Source: Candidatus Binataceae bacterium (lineage in GTDB: Bacteria; Desulfobacterota; Binatia; Binatales; Binataceae). Taken from it: DNA of 64,000 nt. Where the stretch lies: assembly GCA_035531855.1 (NCBI GenBank), contig DATKSB010000080.1, positions 14,243 to 78,242 on the forward strand, written 5' to 3'. Shown one piece after another: positions 59,429 to 64,000 of this stretch (position 1 is its first letter; each line of letters begins with the position of its first letter). The notes below the pieces were generated by a model. It saw only the letters and a list, made by a program, of their open reading frames with translations, did no database searches and was not told the DNA's origin. Both the position numbers and the translations under genes were made by a program.

Positions 59429-60205
59429 TCATCCCCGGCGCTTGGCGCCTTGCAGGATGTCGAAGGGGGCGCGCTGCTTTTCGCGGCGCAGCAGGACGTA
59501 CATCGCGCCTGCTCCGCCGTCGGCCGGGCGGGCGGTCGTGAATGCCAGCACGTGGCCGCCGATCGTCCCGTGCGAGAGCCACTCGACCGTGGCATGCTTC
59601 AGGACTGGACGGCCACCGGGCGAACCCAGTCCTCTGCCATGTACCACCAGCACACTGCGATGCCCCTTGCGCACGGAATCCACGATGAACGCGGTCAGAG
59701 CCGCATGCGCATCGGGCTGAATCATCCCGTGCAAATCGACGTGCTCCTGCATCGCGAATTCTCCGCGGCGCAGCCGCGTGACCATCCGCGGGTCGATTCC
59801 GACGCGCGCGCCTTCAACATATTCCTCAGTCTCGGTGACGTCGAAGGTCCCATGGCCGGACACCAGGTCCGACAGCCGCGCGACGACCTCGGCGTCTTCG
59901 CTGACGACCTTGTGCTCGACGCGCGGCTCGACCGGGGTTCTGCCCGCACGGGTCGCGTCGAGTGGGCGCACACCGGCGAACGCTTCACGAAACAACGCGG
60001 CGTCATCGACAGGGACCGCAGGTTCAGCGATCACCAAAGCAGACGGCGGCGCGGGCTTGGCCGGCGCGGCGGGACGGCTTACCGGCCGCTGGCCGACGAG
60101 CTTTTTCAGATCCTTGAACGGCGAGAAACTGACCGGCTGATTGATCGCCGTCTTTGCGGCGGCGGGGTCGTCAGCGGAGCGGCGGATTTTCTTTTTGCGG
60201 GCCAT
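59429..60205 (-). CDS. Smr-domain protein (stand-alone Smr nuclease-like) with a disordered Pro/Ala-rich N-terminus
   Basis: C-terminal Smr domain VDLHGMIQPDAHAALTAFIVDSVRKGHRSVLVVHGRGLGSPGG. Confidence 0.7.
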   Translation of the reverse strand: MARKKKIRRSADDPAAAKTAINQPVSFSPFKDLKKLVGQRPVSRPAAPAKPAPPSALVIAEPAVPVDDAALFREAFAGVRPLDATRAGRTPVEPRVEHKVVSEDAEVVARLSDLVSGHGTFDVTETEEYVEGARVGIDPRMVTRLRRGEFAMQEHVDLHGMIQPDAHAALTAFIVDSVRKGHRSVLVVHGRGLGSPGGRPVLKHATVEWLSHGTIGGHVLAFTTARPADGGAGAMYVLLRREKQRAPFDILQGAKRRG

Positions 60206-60356
60206 CGCGATTCGCAATCACGCGCGTCGCACGGAACTTCGGATTTATTATGCCGCGCGGGACCTGCGCGTGGAACGGCCCCGCGTCGTCGCGTCTAAGC
60301 AGCTGATTGGTTAAACTGCGGCGGACGGTCAGCTTGCGGAAAGGGGAAATTGGGCG

Positions 60357-62849
60357 ATGCGCAAATCACTCGTCATCATCGGCGCCGCGCTGGGCGGGAT
60401 TCTCGTCGCGATCGCCGCGATCCTGATTTACGCCGACGCCAATTTGAACTCGATTATTGCGGACAATCGCGATCGGGTGCTGGCCCGGGTGAGCGAGTCG
60501 ATGGGCCGCAGCGTTCGCGTCGAGAGCATCAAGGCCGAATTCGGATGGGGTATCGTGGCCGATCTGTCGGGGGTGGAAATTGGCGACGACCCCGCGTTCT
60601 CGGCCAAACCCTTCATCACGTCCTCGAATGTGTATGCGCAAGTCGAGCTGATTCCACTTTTGGCGCGCCAGCTAAGGATCAACAAGGTCGTGCTGAGACA
60701 TCCGGAGATACGGATCATCCGCGACGCGAACGGGCAGCTCAATCTTGCGACCCTCGGGAAAAAGCACGCTAAGGCTTCCGAGCAGGGCGAAGCGGCGGGC
60801 GGCGAAAACTCCGCGGCTCGCGGTCCGGTCCAGGGCAATCCGATGGAGGAAACGCGGCGCAAAGAAGAGCGCGATCGCAAACATCTGGACGCGCTGCACG
60901 TCGCGAATTTTTCGATCGATCAGGGCGAGATTGTCTATCGCGACGCGAGCCAGCCGCCAGTCGAGGTCTCCGGAATCGATTTCGAGCTGACAAATTTCAG
61001 TTTCAACTCGGCGTTCGCGATTGACCTGAAGATGAATGCGCTCGAAGCCAACGCGCAGAACGTCGAGCTAAGCGGCCAGGTCGGACCGCTGCTCAGCGGC
61101 GCGGGTATCGATGTGAACGCGGTGCCTCTGGACCTGAGCCTCAAAGCGGGACCGTTCGCGCTGGCGGATTTTCGCAAATTCGAGCAGCTCCAGCGCGCTC
61201 TTCCGGCCAAGCTGGAAATCTCCGACAGCATCAACTTCGACGCGACGGCCAAAGGACGCCTCGACGAGCTGCATCTTCATGGTGCAACCGATTTGACCTC
61301 GAATCAGGTGAGTTTCGGCGACTCGTTTATCAAGCCTGCGGGCACCGCGCTCAAGGTCGGCGTCGATGGCGACCGTGAAGGATCGAAGGTGAGTATCGCG
61401 GTGGCGCAGGTGACTCTGGACACGCTCGATTTGAAGGCCACCAGGATTGTGTTCGGCGGCGGCAACTTTAGCGGACGGATCGACACCAATCAGTTCGATA
61501 TCGGATCGCTGGCAAAGCTGGCGCCGGTGGCCGCGAAGCTTGGCGTGACCGGCAAGACCGAAATTCACACCGACCTGAGCATCGCCGATGGCAAGCCCAC
61601 CGCCAACGGCGTCGTATCGCTCAGCGGCGTGACGATTCCCAAGCCGGGCGCGCAGGCGGGCGGAGCCAACGCGGTCAGCAATGTGACCGGGGATATCAAG
61701 CTTGCGGGCGCCACTGCCGATATCGGTCCGCTGACCTTCAACGTCGGTGCGGCGAACGCAACCCTGAAGGCGCATGCCGATCCGATCTATCCGCCGGTCG
61801 TCAGCTACGATTTGACCGCTGACGCGATTCACACCGCGGATTTCGCGCCGGGCCGTCCGGCCGACGAGCAGCTCAACAACATCAAGGCGACCGGCACCGC
61901 GAGCATGAAGGCGTTCGGGATCGATGACGAAAACAAGCTCACGTCGCCGGCCGGGCTTCTGAACAACGTCGCGTACACGAACCTGAAGCTCACCACCTCG
62001 CTCGAAGGCAAGCGGCTGCGCGTGATGGAGCTGAACGTCGGTGCGTTCAGCGGCCAGATCGCGGGGACCGGCGAGACTCAGCTCATGGTGTCGGCGCCGT
62101 TTAATACTTCGGTGGCGATCGCCAACGTGGACGTGCAGCAGGCGCTGGCGTCGCAGAAAGCGAAGGCCGCGCAAAAGGTGCGCGGAATACTGACCGGCAA
62201 CCTTCAGCTCTCGGGCATCTCGGGCAAATTCGATCAAATCAAACCCACGCTCGCCGGCACCGGCAAGATTCTGCTGACGCAGGGTAAGCTGATTGGCATC
62301 AACGTCGCGGCGACTGCCCTTAAGAAGATCGACAAGTTGCCCGGAATCGGAAACCTGGTGCCAGGCTCAGTGGTGAATAACCATCCGGAGCTGTTCAAGA
62401 ATCCGGACACCGATATTCAGTCGGCCTCGCTGACGTTGGTGTTGAAGAGGCAGCGCGTCACCTCGCACGACATCCTGATCAAGAATGTGGATTACTCGCT
62501 CACCGGTGACGGATGGATCGACATGGACCGCAACCTCGATATGGCGGCGCGGATCCTGCTGACGAAGGAGTTGACCAGGGAGATCGTCGCGCGGAAGCCA
62601 GCCGTGGCTTATATCAGCAACAAGAACGATCAGATCGATTTTCCGCTGCAGATCACGGGGCGGTTGCCCAAGCCGATAGTGGTGCCCGATATCGAGGAGC
62701 TGGCGCAGCGCGCGCTTTCGGAGCAGGGCCAGAAAGCGCTGGGCAAGCTTCTCGGCAAGAAGGGGCTCGGCAAGATCCTGGGCGGCAGCGGCAATTCCGG
62801 CAACGGCTCGGACTCGAATCCGCTGAACAATCTGAAGAAGTTGTTCTAG
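60357..62849 (+). CDS. AsmA-family outer-membrane biogenesis protein
   Basis: N-terminal TM anchor, long beta-rich repetitive body, 830 aa; AsmA/DUF748-like. Confidence 0.75.
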   Translation: MRKSLVIIGAALGGILVAIAAILIYADANLNSIIADNRDRVLARVSESMGRSVRVESIKAEFGWGIVADLSGVEIGDDPAFSAKPFITSSNVYAQVELIPLLARQLRINKVVLRHPEIRIIRDANGQLNLATLGKKHAKASEQGEAAGGENSAARGPVQGNPMEETRRKEERDRKHLDALHVANFSIDQGEIVYRDASQPPVEVSGIDFELTNFSFNSAFAIDLKMNALEANAQNVELSGQVGPLLSGAGIDVNAVPLDLSLKAGPFALADFRKFEQLQRALPAKLEISDSINFDATAKGRLDELHLHGATDLTSNQVSFGDSFIKPAGTALKVGVDGDREGSKVSIAVAQVTLDTLDLKATRIVFGGGNFSGRIDTNQFDIGSLAKLAPVAAKLGVTGKTEIHTDLSIADGKPTANGVVSLSGVTIPKPGAQAGGANAVSNVTGDIKLAGATADIGPLTFNVGAANATLKAHADPIYPPVVSYDLTADAIHTADFAPGRPADEQLNNIKATGTASMKAFGIDDENKLTSPAGLLNNVAYTNLKLTTSLEGKRLRVMELNVGAFSGQIAGTGETQLMVSAPFNTSVAIANVDVQQALASQKAKAAQKVRGILTGNLQLSGISGKFDQIKPTLAGTGKILLTQGKLIGINVAATALKKIDKLPGIGNLVPGSVVNNHPELFKNPDTDIQSASLTLVLKRQRVTSHDILIKNVDYSLTGDGWIDMDRNLDMAARILLTKELTREIVARKPAVAYISNKNDQIDFPLQITGRLPKPIVVPDIEELAQRALSEQGQKALGKLLGKKGLGKILGGSGNSGNGSDSNPLNNLKKLF

Positions 62850-62989
62850 CGCGTGCGGGCGCTCGCCAGGATGCGGCCTGCGGCTCTCTAGTATTATAAC
62901 TCTACATTTGGTAGTATCATGGTCGTCGCGGGGATGATCTGGGGCGGGGGCTTGCGGGGCCGCGTTAAATTTGGCATCAAGGGGACGGT

Positions 62990-63247
62990 ATGGAAACACG
63001 AGTTCGGCAGTTCTTCGGACGCATCACCTGCTCCGTATGTCTGCAGGAACGCACGCCGGCGCGTGCGCGGGTGTTCGTCGTGGTGGGGGAAGAGGAAGGG
63101 GATCCCGCAGTGATGGGCTTTTGCTACGCCCACGCCGCGCAGAAGGCGGGCTCGTTCAAGACGATGGCCCGCAACGCGGCGGCGGCCAGATTCACGCCGC
63201 ATCCGCCAGAGCACTGGGGCGTGATTCCGATTCGTCCGCGAGTCTGA
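62990..63247 (+). CDS. Hypothetical small protein with CxxC...CxxH zinc-ribbon-like spacing
   Basis: ORF follows an AT-rich region (ttataactctacatttggtagtat); weak support. Confidence 0.25.
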   Translation: METRVRQFFGRITCSVCLQERTPARARVFVVVGEEEGDPAVMGFCYAHAAQKAGSFKTMARNAAAARFTPHPPEHWGVIPIRPRV

Positions 63248-63262
63248 TAGCGGCGGCGAGCC

Positions 63263-64000
63263 TTACAGGTTCAGCCGCACGATAGTCGCCCCGGCGCCGC
63301 CGTGGTGCGGATCGGCGGGTATGAACGACGCGCAGTAGGGCGAGGTTCCAAGATATTCCTGGATCGCTCTGCGCAGCGCGCCCGAGCCGATTCCGTGGAC
63401 GATTCGCACCTCGGCGCGGTTGGTCAGAAACGCCTGGTCGAGAAATTCTTCGAGTTTTCGCAGCGCGTCACCCGAGCGCATCCCAATAAGATTCAGTTCC
63501 GCATGCTCGCCCGCGTCGGTGGTGAAAGTGACCGCGTGGCTCGGCTCTTTGCGTGCGGCCGCGTGCGGCTGCGCGACATTCTCGCGTGCGCGGCGCAGGC
63601 GCTCGGGCGAGACTTCGATTTTGAGTCCGCCGCGAACGATCACGGCCTTCTCCGAATCGATCGAGAGCAGCTCGGCGCGAATCTCACCGAGTTCGACCTG
63701 ATCGCCCGGCCGCAGCGGCGCGTCACCTGTCGCGGGCCGATCCGATTCGCGCGAGGGTGCCGCGGTTTCGAGCCGCGCCGACGCGTCGGTCACGAACTTG
63801 CCCAGGTCGGTGCGCGATTTGGAGCGTTCCTTGAGCTCGCGCATCAGCTCCGAGCCCTCGCGGCGCAGGTTCTCGATCATCTCGTTCACCGCGGTGCGGC
63901 CGCGCACGCGCTCGAGCTCGGATTTTTCGCGCACGCGCTCAGTCTGTGCGCGAGCCTCGCGTAGATCGCGCTCGAGTTCCTGCTGACGCGCTTGTGCGCC
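63263..64000 (-). CDS. mutS2: Endonuclease MutS2, C-terminal part (gene continues beyond the window end)
   Basis: Coiled-coil region and C-terminal Smr domain (LNLIGMRSGDALRKLEEFLDQAFLTNRAEVRIVHGIGSGALR). The frame is open to base 64000. Confidence 0.75.
   Translation of the reverse strand, partial: GAQARQQELERDLREARAQTERVREKSELERVRGRTAVNEMIENLRREGSELMRELKERSKSRTDLGKFVTDASARLETAAPSRESDRPATGDAPLRPGDQVELGEIRAELLSIDSEKAVIVRGGLKIEVSPERLRRARENVAQPHAAARKEPSHAVTFTTDAGEHAELNLIGMRSGDALRKLEEFLDQAFLTNRAEVRIVHGIGSGALRRAIQEYLGTSPYCASFIPADPHHGGAGATIVRLNL

Noticed and set aside
61068-62237. 389-aa minus ORF
   Set aside because: Antisense to the AsmA-family gene.
1-64000. Searched by eye for CRISPR arrays, tRNA/rRNA genes and transposase/integrase genes
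   Set aside because: No regularly spaced direct repeats, no tRNA-like cloverleaf regions in intergenic spaces, no recognisable IS transposase. The only repeat structure found is the inverted repeat around the GIY-YIG gene.

Overview
This is a high-GC (about 65-68 %) bacterial chromosomal window that contains the replication origin. The dnaA and dnaN genes sit on the minus strand, with a perfect palindromic pair of DnaA boxes just upstream of dnaA and AT-rich DnaA-box-like sequence between dnaA and dnaN. Gene content is mostly housekeeping or accessory metabolism: a sensor kinase/NtrC-type two-component pair, a giant NAD-glutamate dehydrogenase, NagA/AnmK cell-wall recycling genes, FabI, GloB, a split F0 ATP synthase operon (atpZ-I-B-E), HemL, an RND efflux operon, a fused tandem family-III CoA-transferase, a HigBA toxin-antitoxin pair, a UvrD-type helicase and the C-terminus of MutS2. 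The most unusual locus is at about 29.46-31.17 kb: a small GIY-YIG nuclease gene flanked by a ~57-bp near-perfect inverted repeat, followed by a distinctly lower-GC two-gene island (an uncharacterised protein plus a DUF4145-like protein overlapping in the -1 frame) next to the helicase. Other notable items are a 32-aa lysine-rich micro-ORF with a strong SD and an intrinsic terminator, a tandem pair of paralogous lipoproteins of unknown family, a homopolymer frameshift in a DUF4019-like gene, a Memo-like protein with an unrecognised N-terminal domain, and an alpha/beta hydrolase whose nucleophile Ser is replaced by Gly. Many long antisense ORFs in the six-frame track are GC-driven artefacts and were not called. 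Coordinates derived from my own base counting may be off by +/-1; coordinates derived from the ORF track by codon arithmetic are preferred.
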